A DNA stretch of 64,000 bases, taken from contig MU626282.1 in assembly GCA_025603075.1 (NCBI GenBank), forward strand, positions 98,232 through 162,231. The letters run 5' to 3'. Each line of letters opens with the position of its first letter. The first letter of the stretch is position 1. The position numbers and the translations under genes are program-made. This DNA is from Neoconidiobolus thromboides FSU 785. Its lineage: Eukaryota > Fungi > Entomophthoromycota. Shown in pieces: positions 28,745 through 42,906 of this stretch. Under the pieces are notes generated by a model, which saw only the letters and a program-made list of their open reading frames with translations, did not search any database and was not told the DNA's origin.

Positions 28745-30635
28745 ATGGATTTAGCTAATGTTATTATAAGGAGATCGGGTAACACCCCAGATTTCAATAT
28801 ATCAATTTCACCTTCCAGCACAACTGTATTTGAATTTAAAAATTTATTAGAATCGAATGGTATACCTGCAAACGGCCATAGGCTTATTCATATTGGGGTT
28901 ATATTAAAAGACGAAACGCTGCTTGAAGAATATAGTATGTAATTTTTAATTAATTAATTTGTTTAACCCTTTTAAAGATGTTAGAGATGGAAGTATCATA
29001 CATTTGATCAAACTTGCTCAAAGTAACCAACAAACTGTGGCTCCGAATGCTCCAATAAAGCAACCTCAAGAATCCGATGATTTTAGTATGAAGAAATTAG
29101 GCTCAAATCCATTGATGAAAGTAAAGAATTTGATTGAAAATATATATAGTTTTAATGTGATTTTAGCGCTTTTTAGATAATCCTGATTTATTAAAAGCAA
29201 TGATAATGTCGAATCCACAAGTAAAAGATATCATAGAAAGGAATCCGGAATATTCTTCTATTTTTACGGACCCTTCGTTTTTACGTCAAGTAATTTTGTT
29301 TTGTCAAAAAAATAAATCAATATGCTAACTCAAAAAAGGGATTTGAAATGGCTAGTAATCCAGATAAAATGAAGGAGGTACTACGTAATAACGACCTTGC
29401 GATATCAAGCCTAGAAATGCAACCTGGAGGGTTCAATCATTTGAAAAAACTTTATAAAAGTATTCATGAACCAATTAATAAAACTAAAGTAATAGATCAT
29501 TGTTAATATAGGATACTAATTAAGTACAATAGGCTGATTCATCAACTGAAGAAAAAAATATGCGATTTGCTAAAATGTTTGGAGTAAAAGAAAAAGAAAG
29601 TAAGTTTAAATAGCGTCCATTGAATATAATTTAATCTTTTTTAGCAAAAACTATAAATTCTGATCCACTCCCAAATCCATGGAAAGCACCTGTGAAACAA
29701 CCGACTGCAAGGACTCTTCCTGATTTTTCATGTAATTTGTATAAATCATAATAACCAAAATATTTATCTTTTTGTAGCAATGACTCCGGGATCCCTTTTT
29801 CCATCGTCATCTAGAGGTATAGGGGGTAGAGGTATAGATATATGTCTAGACTCTTAATTTGTGCTAATAATTTAATTAGATTCTAGTATATTTGGACCTG
29901 AAGGTTCAGGGTCTAGAGGTACAGAAAGAGGTAAATTTATATGATGACTCTTGTATTATATATTAACATTTCAATTAGGGCCTGAGGTATATTTAGTATT
30001 ACTATGATAAATTATGATTATATTAAAAAATTAAAAGTGGCTAAAAAATTTTGGACAATCAATTAGAGCAAATATGGATCAAAATGTCGCTGCTACTCCA
30101 AGCTCTACTTCGACTTCAAAGAGTCAGGCAATACAGGATGCAATCAAAAAAAGAGAAAAAGATATTATAAACGGGTTAAACGAAATGAAATTAATCCAAC
30201 AACAATCTAATAGTAATAATGTCAAATTGCCTAATCTTTCTGAACTTGTTCCAGAAGGTAATATTCATATTTTAAAGGTAAATATTTTATTGATATAAAT
30301 TCAAGTGGAAGAAGACCCTATAACAAAAGAATATCGATTCAAAGCGGATGGAAGTGGTATACCAGATCGCGAATTTATTGAACGTTATGAGTAAATTTTG
30401 TTAATTTTATGTTATATTTATAACTAATATTATTAGAGAAAAACTCAAAGCACGATTTAGGGTACAACTTGAAAGAATGAATGAAATGGGATTTCAAGAT
30501 CTCCATGAGAATTTAACGTAAAAATGTATTTAATTATAAAGTAATAGTACTAATATTTTAAATAGTATGCTATTAGCTACCGATGGGGATGTAGATTCTG
30601 CGATTGAAAAGCTTATAGAGGATGATATATTCTAA
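28745..30635 (+). CDS. ubiquilin/Dsk2-like UBL-STI1-UBA protein, many exons
   Basis: N-terminal UBL (HRLIHIGVILKD...DGSIIHLI), STI1-like region (NPDLLKAMIMSNP...QPGGFNHL), PLPNPW motif and a C-terminal UBA (MNEMGFQD...LLATDGDVDSAIEKL). Confidence 0.82.
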
Positions 30636-31008
30636 TTTGATTTATTACTAATAGCTTTGGACCATTTTGAGAAAGATTCCAAAGTTTCATTTACAGCATT
30701 ACTAGCTTTTTAAACTTACCTCTTAGTTTGTTCCATTATAATTAAAGAACTTAAATTTCATTTATTAATTATTATTTTTTGAGTAATAAGATACAACTTT
30801 AGTTCTCTTTAAGTTCAATGGAAGGTTTATGATTCATTTACATGCTTACAGATAAAATATTTTAGTAGAATAAGCTTAACTGTTTATTGTGAACTATCAT
30901 ATTATATAAACATGATTAATTAGAATTGAAAATAAAATAAAGCTGCATTTTTTAGATTTTATTAAACCTGTGTTTATATAAATCTATAGTTATATTCAGT
31001 AAAGTATA

Positions 31009-31036
31009 TTTTATTTTATTTTATTTTATTTTATTT
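31009..31036 (+). repeat. (TTTTA)n microsatellite
   Basis: About 5.5 units. Confidence 0.8.
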
Positions 31037-31108
31037 CATCTTATTTTTATTTTGTTTTTAATTCCAAATTAGTAATCAAGATTACTAAAACAACTTAGTC
31101 AACTATCA

Positions 31109-31212
31109 TACGGGGATGTTTTTTTTGATTTCATTATTTTTACATTTTTTAAACGTTATTTAAGTGGAAAAATTGCCAGTAAAATTCTTAAATACAAAAA
31201 TACATCCCCATA
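31109..31212 (+). mobile_element. MITE-like hairpin element
   Basis: TACGGGGATGT...ACATCCCCATA, 104 bp; retains the CpG in the left TIR. Confidence 0.88.
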
Positions 31213-31606
31213 CTTATTATGGTATTTCATAATCATAATTTTAGAATTTAGTGTACTATAATTATCAACTATATTTTTTCAAAACTACTTTTGCACAGAA
31301 TAATAGCAAAAGGCTTAATTATGTATTGGATGAATTTATAAGCTTTATCATATTAAAATTATGTTCCAAATACATATTTATATTTAAGCATAACATTCTA
31401 TTTCATGGATAAAACTAATTATTTGAAAGCATCTATATAAAAAATACAGCTAAAAAAACTGAACAAAAAGCAAGTAATTAAAAAAATTATTCAAAAAAAG
31501 ACAAGTACATAAAAGTAACCTAAAGGAACGCTTCTAATTTATAAAGAAATTGAGTTTGTAGAATTATTAAATGATTAAATATGTTTTTTTTATAAAAGAT
31601 TGAAAA

Positions 31607-33048
31607 TTATGGTGTGGTAGGTTTAAGCGTCGGTGTAGCCAAATTCGATTTTCCTAACGACATGGCAATTTCTCCAGATTCATTAGGTGTACTACAAGCT
31701 GCTGGATGATGTATTGATGAAGCAGAGCCAGGGGTAATAGGCGATGTAGTCATATTGGGTACCACTTTACCTTTTGTATTATGTTTTAGTACAAATACTG
31801 GGGAAGCATTAGCTTCTTTTAATTTTTGATATATTTTTAATGGCTTTTCTTCCATTTCAAGTTTCCTTTCAATTCCATTTGCTAAAACTATTAATATTTT
31901 TATTTTATCATTATATTTTGTTTACCTTGTGATATATAAATACTATAATTCTTCCAATCATCATTTATTTTGTATTTCCTAAGCGCTGCTGGAATTACTT
32001 TATGACACGGATCATCCAAAAATATTCTTAAACTTTTATAAGCTTCATTTTCCCTTTGATGTTGTTGTCTAGATTCTATCGGTTTAATGGTTTCCATACT
32101 TCCTTGATTGTCATTTATTGGAACTTGATTTGATTCACTTGATTTCGACTAATGTGTATAATTAAATAGTTAAACCATAGTAAAATATAAATCTTACATA
32201 TAGGGCTGAAGATAACTGACTATTAAAATTAGGTGAATGAGGTGAAATCGGAAATGGTTTTCCAGAATTCAATGTTGAACTGCTCTTAGAAGTAGTTGTA
32301 ACAATAGGCGATGGTCGATACTTTGATGGCTTAAGAGGTTCTATATTACCTATATTTGACTTGAATACTTTTAATATGTTAAATTTTAAAAAAAGAGTAT
32401 GAATTACTCTATCAGGTGAAGCTAGTCTTTGATTCATCTCTCTAATTTTTATAAGCTCTGAATTTATTTTTGAAATTTCATGAACTAAATGCTTTATCAC
32501 TGCGTCTATAAATTCAATTTTAATAACGCTCTTTTTTAAAATTACTAATAATAACCTCTTTCTTTAAATGCAGAAACTATTTTAGAATCTTGAATATGAT
32601 ATCCTCCAAACATCTCATCTTGATAATTCTAATGAAAGCTTTAATAAAAATAACTAAACTGATATTATTTTGAGTATTACAACTTCCTCAATCGTATCTA
32701 AAATTAAGTTAGATTTTCGAATATAAGTAGTAAAATATTGGCTTACTAGGTGGGGCATAATCATCTGAGTATATAGGTATGTTAAACCGAATCTTTAACT
32801 CATAAATCGCTTTTAACAATAATATCCTTTTTCCAACTGATTTGATATTCAAATCATTTAAAGTCTCATGATCCAAGTTAACCAATACTTCCCCGGTAAT
32901 TCCTTCCTCTTTATTTATAGTTAGTCTCCAATTTTAAATTATAACTTAAATAAATACCTTTAAAGTCTTTAATATATTCATTATAGCCTATAGTACCTAA
33001 CCAAGATGCAACATGATCTATTGACCAATTTAATACTGAGTCCTCCAT
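31607..33048 (-). CDS. STE50: Ste50 adaptor (SAM + coiled coil + Ras-association domain)
   Basis: N-terminal SAM (WSIDHVASWL...ITGEVLVNLDHETLNDLNIKSVGKRILLLKAIYELK) and a Ste50-type RA domain (YKSLRIFLDDPCHKVIPAALRKYKINDDWKNY...EKPLKIYQKLKE-x-x-x-SPVFVLK). Confidence 0.88.
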
Positions 33049-33366
33049 CCTTCTATTATTTTTATATATAAGTTAAATTGGAATTGAATAATTCTGCTTT
33101 TTTAAAAAAGACAAAATTAAGCTTTTTAAATTTTTAAAAAAATAATTTTGGATCTTATTTTTAATTTACACTCATTTGTTCTTAATAGTACTAATTTAAC
33201 TTTTTATAACTTTATTGAAATCATCAAAAAGTTCAAAGTGATATATGAGATAAGATTATTTACTTATTTAAAAAAATATTATTCAATTATGTTTACAACA
33301 AATTTGTTATGCGATCATGTTAAGCTTTGTCATAAAAAGCCATAATTTTTTTTATTAAGGCTTATA

Positions 33367-33470
33367 TATGGGGATGTACTTTTATATTTAAGAGTTTTAC
33401 TAACAATTTTTCCACGCAAATAGCGCTTAAAAAATGGAAAAAATAATGAAGTCAAAAAAACATCCTTGTA
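33367..33470 (-). mobile_element. MITE-like hairpin element
   Basis: TATGGGGATGT...ACATCCTTGTA, 104 bp. Confidence 0.85.
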
Positions 33471-35771
33471 TCCTAATTGCTTTTTCAGGTATTTTACTTG
33501 TTGGTATTTGTTACAAGGTATTCATCTCTTACTCTTTGTCATTAATATTGACAAACAAACTGTTGTGTTGTTATAGTTTTAGAATAATTAATAGAAAATA
33601 AATTATTTAATGGCTTTGACATCTTTATATTTGGTGTCTAGATCAGCAAAAAATCTAACATTTTACATTTTAAATAATTTAAATTAATTTGAATCTATAT
33701 ACAATACTTGATTAACTAAAGAACATAAAGCAATAATTCTAGGTTTTTAAAGCTATTATGTAATACAAATTAATCATATAAATCTACTGTGTATGGTATT
33801 TTTAAATTAAACTTAAGTGATAAAAGATTTTTAAAATAATTTGAGTTTCTTATATTTTATCGTTATAGAGTACCTAAAAATAATAAGTTATCAAAAAAAT
33901 GGAGAACAAGATCTTATCGAAATTAAATCTCAACTCCACAATTTAAAACTTGAATTAAAAACAGGGTATGCTTCTATCCCTGCTCGAAACCCGCATTTTA
34001 AACAAAGTAGCATTTTTTATAGTTGATAATATTGATCATGAATAAATAAAAACAAGGACTTTCTTATTTTTGAGGGTCTAGAAATAATTGAGGATATCTG
34101 ATCATGGAATAACTGAATAAGACTATCTGATATAGAAAAGGTTTATTTTAAAGAAGTTTATAGATGTTGGGCTAAAATTGAAATTTCCATACACTTTCAA
34201 AGATAATGGATCTGGGCCTAGAATTTTATTAAAAACTAAGGTTAAATTGAACTTAAGGTAACAGGTTATAAACATGGCATATAACTATTGTTTGTTTTTA
34301 GTTTTAATCTAACAGTTTATTAACCTTATATAAAAGATTTATTAGAAGTTATCAAATTTATAACTCTCTTGATATTATTTTATTTTAAACTTGTTGACTC
34401 TCTTGGTGGAAATTTCTTTAATTATAAAGAATTAAATAATCAAAACACAAACATTATCACACAAATTGTATAATGATAATTTGAGAATATAACTATTAAG
34501 CGTGATGATAGTTTCATTATCAAAAATATAATTGTAAATTAAGCTGAAAATCCCAATTTGAGCTTCATTTAAATATTTTGACTATGCTACATTTTTCATC
34601 ATCAATGGCTTATACAATTTTTCTGCTTTAGCTTAGAATCTGAAATAAAATTGTTAAAAGTTGGAATTAGTTGTGTTTAGATGCCTTAAGTTTAATTGTT
34701 ATTGATTTGTTTATAAATGAATTTATAGGCTATATACAGCGCTCTAACCTATAAGTTCATTACAAAAGAAATCATTAACAAATTAAAAAAATGAAGTATT
34801 TAAATTTGACCAGTTCTAACTTTATAGTAATCATTAATTTTCAAACTGAATATCAGACCAAACCCCGTGATTCACTGATAGATCATTATCAGTATTATCA
34901 AGAGCTCTAATAGCAAGCGCTTTGTTGTTTAGATGCTATATGTTTTAAAACTTATTTAAAAGCAAAGCTACTTAAGTGAATTTAAAAAAAGAGCTATTCA
35001 ACTGGTGCATCTTTTACTTAATAGCTGCTTATTTAGGAGTGAAAATTAAGTTAAAATCTATTAAAGCAAATGACCAGAGTTTAAAAAAAATCATTATATA
35101 AATAATTTTATAAAAACTATCGCTAAAGGTGTCAAAAGAGAACTGTAACAGCTATATGAAGGCTTTAAAAGTACAGTATATTTTAATAAGTGAGGCAATC
35201 AAAGGAGAAAAGTACATAAATTCAATGAAGTTTGAAAACTAAACTATTGAAAAATTAAAGCGGGAACAGACTTCATATTTAAAGCAAAAGTACTTGGCGT
35301 TTCTGCTTTAAAAAATTTTAAAATTGAATCACTATTTAAAAAAACGTCTTAAACCCTTATTTTGACAAGGTAGAGAGCGATGAGTTACTCAAAGGACTAT
35401 AAATATTAGGTAAACCTTATCACTTTTAAGTTAAAGTAAAATTAACTCATTATAAGCATTAATATTAAAAATTTAGAACCAAGCCCAACAGTGGTCAAGA
35501 TTACCTAATTATTGCCTAATAATAAATGCTGATTACAGAAATATTCATATTTTTTGAACAGAAAATCCATTTTTTAATTGAAACCTCTAAAAGTAATTTA
35601 AAAACTTTAAATTTCAAGTTGACTAAATTCAATCCAATAAATTTAAAAATTAGCCCTAAATCATTGATCTAAAATTATAAGCTAATGTAATTGGTTAATT
35701 ATTACACTTGTTGATAAGATAATTAATAGGAAGATAATGAAATAAGTAATATTAAGTTTTTTAATAAAAAG

Positions 35772-36632
35772 ATGGCAAGTAGAAGAAAAGTATTATTAAA
35801 GGTAAGTATTATAACTATATTTTAAAAGTTTGACTAATTTTTTAAACTACTCAGGTTATTATTTTAGGTGACAGCGGGTAAATTTTTGTAACTACTAATG
35901 AGAATAAAATTTTAATGTATCTAGTGTTGGTAAAACTTCGTTAATGAATCAATATGTAAACAAAAAGTTTACAAATCAGTATAAAGCAACTATTGGAGCT
36001 GATTTCTTAACCAAAGAAGTTATAGTAGAAGATAGAGTGGTTACTATGCAGGTAAGGATAAAATTAGTTTATAAAAGTTTAATTAAATAAAAATCAATCA
36101 GATTTGGGATACTGCTGGACAAGAAAGATTCCAAAGTTTAGGTGTTGCGTTTTATCGTGGAGCTGATTGTTGCGTTTTGTGTTATGATGTGAATAATGCT
36201 AAAAGTTTTGAAACTCTTGATTCTTGGAGAGATGAGTTCCTTATTCAATCTAGTCCTAGAGACCCGGAGAATTTCCCTTTTGTTGTACTTGGTAACAAAA
36301 TTGATTTAGAAGAATCAAAAAGAGAAGTAGGTTGAAATTTTATATTAGACAATCGCTGAATTTATTTTTAGATATCTGAAAAAAGAGCTACTGCTTGGTG
36401 TACTTCTAAAGGGAATATCCCATATTTTGAAACTTCAGCTAAGGAAGCCATCAATGTTGAAGAAGCATTTCAAACTATTGCAAAAAACGCTCTTTCACAA
36501 GAAAGTGATATTGAAGTGTAAGTTACTAATTAATTTTAATAGAATAACTAAACAATTATAAATAGTGATTTCCCTGATCCAATTAAGTTAGATGGTGAAT
36601 CAACTGCTAGGGATTCTGGATGTGCTTGCTAA
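35772..36632 (+). CDS. YPT7: Rab7 GTPase
   Basis: [33 protein letters not shown][16 protein letters not shown], [24 protein letters not shown]-terminal CAC prenylation motif. Confidence 0.97.
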
Positions 36633-36799
36633 TTTATTCAGAATGGTTTAATTCATCATTGCAATCACCTTCTTTTTATTTTTCGAAATCTTTTTTAATT
36701 ATAAATGGTCCTAATTACTAAATCAAATCTATTTGAGTTTAAAAGTTTTTAATTTTAAAAAAAATCAATAATGCTTAATCATTTTATTTATTTACGAAA

Positions 36800-37395
36800 C
36801 TAATTTTCAAGTTGATGAATCTTATCGACTCTAGTTTTATGTTGATTCCCTTCAAAAGTATTTGCGAAAAAAGTTTTAACAATTTTAATGGGCATGTCAC
36901 CTTCTAATACCCTTTGTCCCATAGCAAGAATATTAGCATCATTATGCTTAAAAAAGTAAGTAAATCAATAAACAAAGATAACGAAAACTAAATACCTTTC
37001 TTGCCATTTCAGCAGTGTATTCATTATGGCAAAGAGCACATCTTATACCATTGATTTTATTAGCAGCAATACTAATACCAATTCCACTGCCACATATTAA
37101 AATACCTTTACTATCAGCTTCTTTTAATACAGCTTCACTTACTTTTCCGGCTATATCTGGATAATCACACTATAAGATATTAGATTATTAAAACTGACCT
37201 GATTTAATTTACTCTGTCTCCGCTATGAGTTCCATAATCCATTACTTTTATATTTTTATTATTCTCTTCAAAATACTTTTTAATCTCCTCTTTAAGCTGA
37301 TAACCTAAACTATTATTAATATGCTATTTTATTTTGACTATTGCTTTACCAGCATGATCTGACCCAATAATGATAGTTTTTGGTAATTCACTCAT
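36800..37395 (-). CDS. rpiB: RpiB/LacAB-family sugar-phosphate isomerase, 3 introns
   Basis: IIIGSDHAG, DYPDIA, GILICGSGIGISIAANKINGIRCALC, ARKHNDANILAMGQR, FEGNQH-x-x-RVDKI. Confidence 0.92.
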
Positions 37396-37511
37396 ATTTA
37401 AAAAATAAAAAAATAAAAAAATAAGAGCTTGGATGATTTGATTTATGACGTAAGCTAAAAATTAAGATAAAATCGAAAAATAATTTATTATGAAATGTTA
37501 AAATATTACAA
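37396..37511. promoter_or_regulatory. putative compact bidirectional promoter (rpiB / chitinase) with an ATGACGT CRE-like site
   Basis: Only 116 bp separate the divergent ATGs. ATGACGT lies at 37445-37451. Confidence 0.45.
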
Positions 37512-38953
37512 ATGAGTAGGGTAATAGGGTATTATACTTCATGGTCCATTTATGACCGTAATTATCAACCTACCGATGTACTTGTGGAAAAATTAACTCA
37601 CATAAATTATGGTAATAAAGATAACTGCTATTAAGAAAAGGATAGTTAATTAGTGTGTAGCTTTTGCAGATATAAAAGATGGTGAAATAGCATTAGGAGA
37701 TCCATGGGCTGGTAATAAGCAACGTAGCTATATTATTACATTAATAAAAGATTAGATGCGCAAAAACCATACGATAAAGATCCAAATATATTGGGTAATC
37801 TAGGGCAGTTTAATGAACCACATGGTCCAATAAGACAGCGTAACCCAAACATTAAAGTATTGATATCTGTTGGTGGTTGGACATTTTCAAAATATTTTTC
37901 AGTTGTAGCAAGTACTGAGGAAAATCGTGTAAAGTTTGCTAATAGTATTTTAAACTTTTTAATCAAGTACAAATTGGATGGTGTTGGTAAATATACTTAT
38001 TATGGGTAATTTAATCCCTTTTAACTTTCTATTTTAGATTTAGACTGGGAATTTCCTGGTAATTATTTATTTGGTTAGCATTTATACATACTAAATATGT
38101 TTAAGTTGAGGGCGGTCATGAACATAACATTAGATCCCCACAAGACGGTTACAATTTTACTTTACTACTAAACTGTATTAGAAACACCTTAAATCAGTCT
38201 CAACACAAGCAATATCTATTGACTATTGCTACTTCAGCAGCACAATACAGCTATCAACACTTACAGTTGAATGAAATAACTAAATTTGTTGACTATGTTA
38301 ATATTATGACTTATGGTAATTAAACTAGTATTATTTCTTTGTTTGCAAACTAAAAATTAGATTTTACTGGCCCATGGTCTCAGCAATGTCATCATCAGTC
38401 TAATTTATTACCTGATCCAAATAATCCAAGTCAATTAAGCTGCTTCAAAGCAATTAATGACTATATTAGTGGAGGTAATCGACATACTAGTATTTTAGCT
38501 TGACTTAATGAAAAATAAATAGGTATTAGAAGAGATCAAATAGTAATGGGGGTACCATTTTATGCCCGTGGTTTTACAAAACTTGAACTTAATGAATCCC
38601 ACCCACCAACTTCGTGCACTGGATATCAAACAAAGTATGGAGCATTACCACCAGGTAAAGCAGAAGCAGGAGTTTATCAATATCATGAGCTACACAATGA
38701 TCATTTAACTAAAGTTATTGGTACAAACAATAAAGAGGATAAGTATTTTTTATTTTTTAATGAAACTACCAAAGCTACGCATTTGTATGATCCTGTTGAA
38801 ACTACTTTTATCTCCTTTGATGACCCACAGTCTTTAGCATGGAAATGCTTTCATGTTAAGACTAATGGACTTGGTGGAATCATGATTTGGGAGTTGTATG
38901 GGGATTATCAAAATAAGTTGGTGAATGCTATCTGTTCTAATTTATGTACCTGA
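37512..38953 (+). CDS. GH18 chitinase (group A-like) without a signal peptide
   Basis: VIGYYTSWSIYDRNY, LTHINYAFA, KVLISVGGWTFS, catalytic DGVDLDWEFP (split by an intron), IMTYDF-x-GPW, MGVPFYARGF, GLGGIMIWEL. Confidence 0.93.
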
Positions 38954-40351
38954 TATTTAAATAAAGTCAAACGTTACGTTGTATACTATATAAGCCTAAT
39001 TAAATGTGCTTAGCCACCCTTTATAGGGGTCGTTTTTGTTCCTTATTATTGTGAGTTTTTTATTGCAAGCAATTAGAATAATAGCTTTAATAAATGATAG
39101 TAAAATAAACAAATGCTTATTGTTCCCTGTGGCACTAAATTAAATAATATTACAACATTATCTTGCTTTATATCAAGATTATACTTTAAAGCAGCCTTAA
39201 TTGAATTTTTAATACTAGATAGCTTATATTTCTTTATAACGATCAATTCAACAGCATAAAACATATATATTTATTCCATGAAATATATATTTATTATGCT
39301 TATTATGGAGACCATAACAAAAAATAAATACAAATTTTGTGTAAACGCTTGATAGAGGATAGGTGTAATAGTAGGGATTATAATATACTTAGCATATTAG
39401 CTTATAATATAAACTAGTAAAGCAGCCAAATATGACATATTGAGAAAGATCCTCATATGGATTAATTTGATATTTGATATCGCTTTTAATAGTTTTATTA
39501 GAGTGTATTGTTACAGTAAATATAAACCTAGTGATAAGTAAATATAATTAAGAATTTAAATATGTCAGACCTAATCATTTCATCTTTAAATTCTATACAA
39601 TTCGTTGGTTACAGTTAAACATATTGATATCAAATTATGTGACAAATTAATAGATCCTAAATCAAAAGTATGCCTTGCTTCTTAAAATATGTGTGATATT
39701 ATCTAACTTATCATCCATTTAAGTCCAGATAAATATTAAAACAACCGATCAATTTTTAAAAAGAGGAGTGGTTCTAGGTTAATACTTACACAAATTAACA
39801 GTAAACGATTATCAAAGGTTGACTCAAGGGCTATGTAAGCCGACTTGAGATCCATTTTAAAACAACCTGACTAATGGATATAGAAAGTAATTTACACAAG
39901 ACATTAGCCACTCAAAACATTTTATAAAGGTGCCAAATTAGGAATTAATAAAACCTTCCAAGTCACTGAGAGCTGAATGATGTGTAAGCTAAGTTCTGAT
40001 CAATTAATCGTTATTATAGCTAACTAAACAATAAAAAGAAAGCCAAAATTTGAAATGACATATTTTTCGATTTTTTATTACTCGCATTTTAGTCATTTAA
40101 TTTACGATTTAAACTTTAGGACAAATTTGGCTGAATTAGAATAACGAACCAAGTTAAAGCATACACGAATAGAAATCTATAAAATTACAACTTAATTAAA
40201 CTTGATTTGCAATAGAAAACAGCGCCCAATTAAAGTGAACAAAGTTCCAAACCAGATAATGAACTTCAAAATTAATAATTACTTTTATATCTCTAATTTC
40301 AAGGTTAACTAAAAGCCCACTTAAAAACTTAATAAACAGTAAAATAAAACA

Positions 40352-41231
<880 letters not shown>

Positions 41232-41558
41232 GCTAAATCCTTATAAATACGTAAATAGTGTTATTATTTCATCTATATTATAAATGAATCAATTTTAAAT
41301 ACTAGTTTTTGGATTTTATTTATTTAGTTTTATATGAAATGATTTAGATTACATACATTAAAGTATTAAGCTCACCACTTAATTTAGTAGCAGTACATTA
41401 CATTTAATATAGTATGAATTCACAACAATTTTCGTAAACGACAATTAGAAAAATAAGATGAATTTAAGTTATAATCCCAATACAGTGATTTATTGTCAAT
41501 AGAAAGTTTATAAATTTATGTTGAAAAAGTAAGTTGTTAAGAGTAAATCCAAAAGTAA

Positions 41559-41640
41559 TGTCAACTGTGGGGTTCGAACCCACGCCTCTCTCGAGATTGC
41601 ATCTTAAGTGCAACGCCTTAGACCGCTCGGCCAAATTGAC
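41559..41640 (-). tRNA. tRNA-Leu(TAA)
   Basis: GTCAATT/AGTTGAC acceptor stem, TGGCCGAGCGGTCTAAGGC D-arm, anticodon stem TTGCA-CTTAAGA-TGCAA, long variable arm, GGTTCGAACCC T-arm. Confidence 0.96.
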
Positions 41641-42028
41641 TTGTTATCTTCTTCTTGTATGCTGTAGCATAATTGTATCTATTAATACAAATTTGTATGT
41701 GTACTAAATAATCAAAAATGTAATATGGCCCAAATTAAGGCAGTATTCAATGTATAAATATAAGTCATTTAAATAACTTTTGCCCCTATTGATAACGGCT
41801 TTAATTTTAAAATAATATAATATGATATAATATGTTGATATCTAAAAATATTATGGTAATACTTTTTACTACTTTTTTTAAATATTTTGCATTATACTGA
41901 AACTAAACTTTATTTATGCTCTAAAAAGTAACTAACTTTGTTATTTTATGAACAATAAAGCAAATAATATTAAATAGAGTCTACTAAAGCATCAAGCTTC
42001 AAATTATGTTTCATCTTAATACCTATAA

Positions 42029-42132
42029 TATGGGGATGTTTTTTTTGATTTCATTACTTTTTCCATCTCTTAAGCGTTGTTTGAATGGAAAGATTGTTAG
42101 TAAATTCTTAAACAAAAAAATACATCCCCATA
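42029..42132 (+). mobile_element. MITE-like hairpin element (best-preserved TIRs)
   Basis: Perfect 11-bp inverted termini TATGGGGATGT/ACATCCCCATA, 104 bp. Confidence 0.9.
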
Positions 42133-42141
42133 TATTGAAAA

Positions 42142-42244
42142 TCTGGGAGTGTTTTTTTGGCTTCATTATTTTTTCCATTTTTTAAGCGCTATTTAAGCGG
42201 AAAATTTGTTAGTAAATTCTTAAACACAAAAATACATCCTCATG
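42142..42244 (+). mobile_element. MITE-like hairpin element, tandem to the previous copy
   Basis: Conserved core AAGCGCTATTTAAGCGGAAAA; 9 bp from the previous copy. Confidence 0.85.
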
Positions 42245-42502
42245 TCTACTATAGTTTTTAATGTATCAAAATAATTTCTAACTATGATTTAATAGATATT
42301 ATAAACATTGCTTTCATCAAATTCTAAATTCTTTTACTTATCAATTTTTTTTGCAATAATTAAAATCCAGGTCCTTTTGGCCAAAAAGTTTCGAATAGTA
42401 TTAACATTTTATGCTATTCAAGTTTTAAAAAAATATCCTCAAATTATTAAACCTACATACAATAGTGATTTTTAACAATTACAACTTGAAATTAAATAAT
42501 CA

Positions 42503-42568
42503 GTTTCATCACTTTTTCCATTTTTTAAGTCCCATTTAAGTAGAGGGTTGTCAGTAAAATTCTTAAAC
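42503..42568 (+). mobile_element. MITE-like element, internal fragment
   Basis: GTTTCATCACTTTTTCCATTTTTTAAG...TCAGTAAAATTCTTAAAC; termini lost. Confidence 0.65.
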
Positions 42569-42906
42569 TACCTTTCAAACATAGTACAAGGTTGTTAATT
42601 CAGACTTTGAAAATTATTATTATAAATGGGAATGTATTTTTGTTTATGTTGATTGTGGCTTATTGAAATTTATTTTTACAATGTTTGGACTCAGGTTTAA
42701 TTATTTCAAGGATATTATCTCATAATTTGTCCATGATTTTTTATCCGATCAAGAATGCAAACAAAGCAAACAAATTAAAAATTAGGGGAATTCATGCAAT
42801 ATGACTCAAAAATTAAGAAAGTGGAAAAATAAAATATACAATTTTATTAAAGATATTTACTAAAACATGCAAGAATATAAAAAATACAAAATAAATAAAC
42901 TTATTT

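Noticed and set aside
39782-39789. ATACTTAC, resembling the U1 snRNA 5' end
   Set aside because: Not followed by CTGG or any U1 stem-loops or Sm site.
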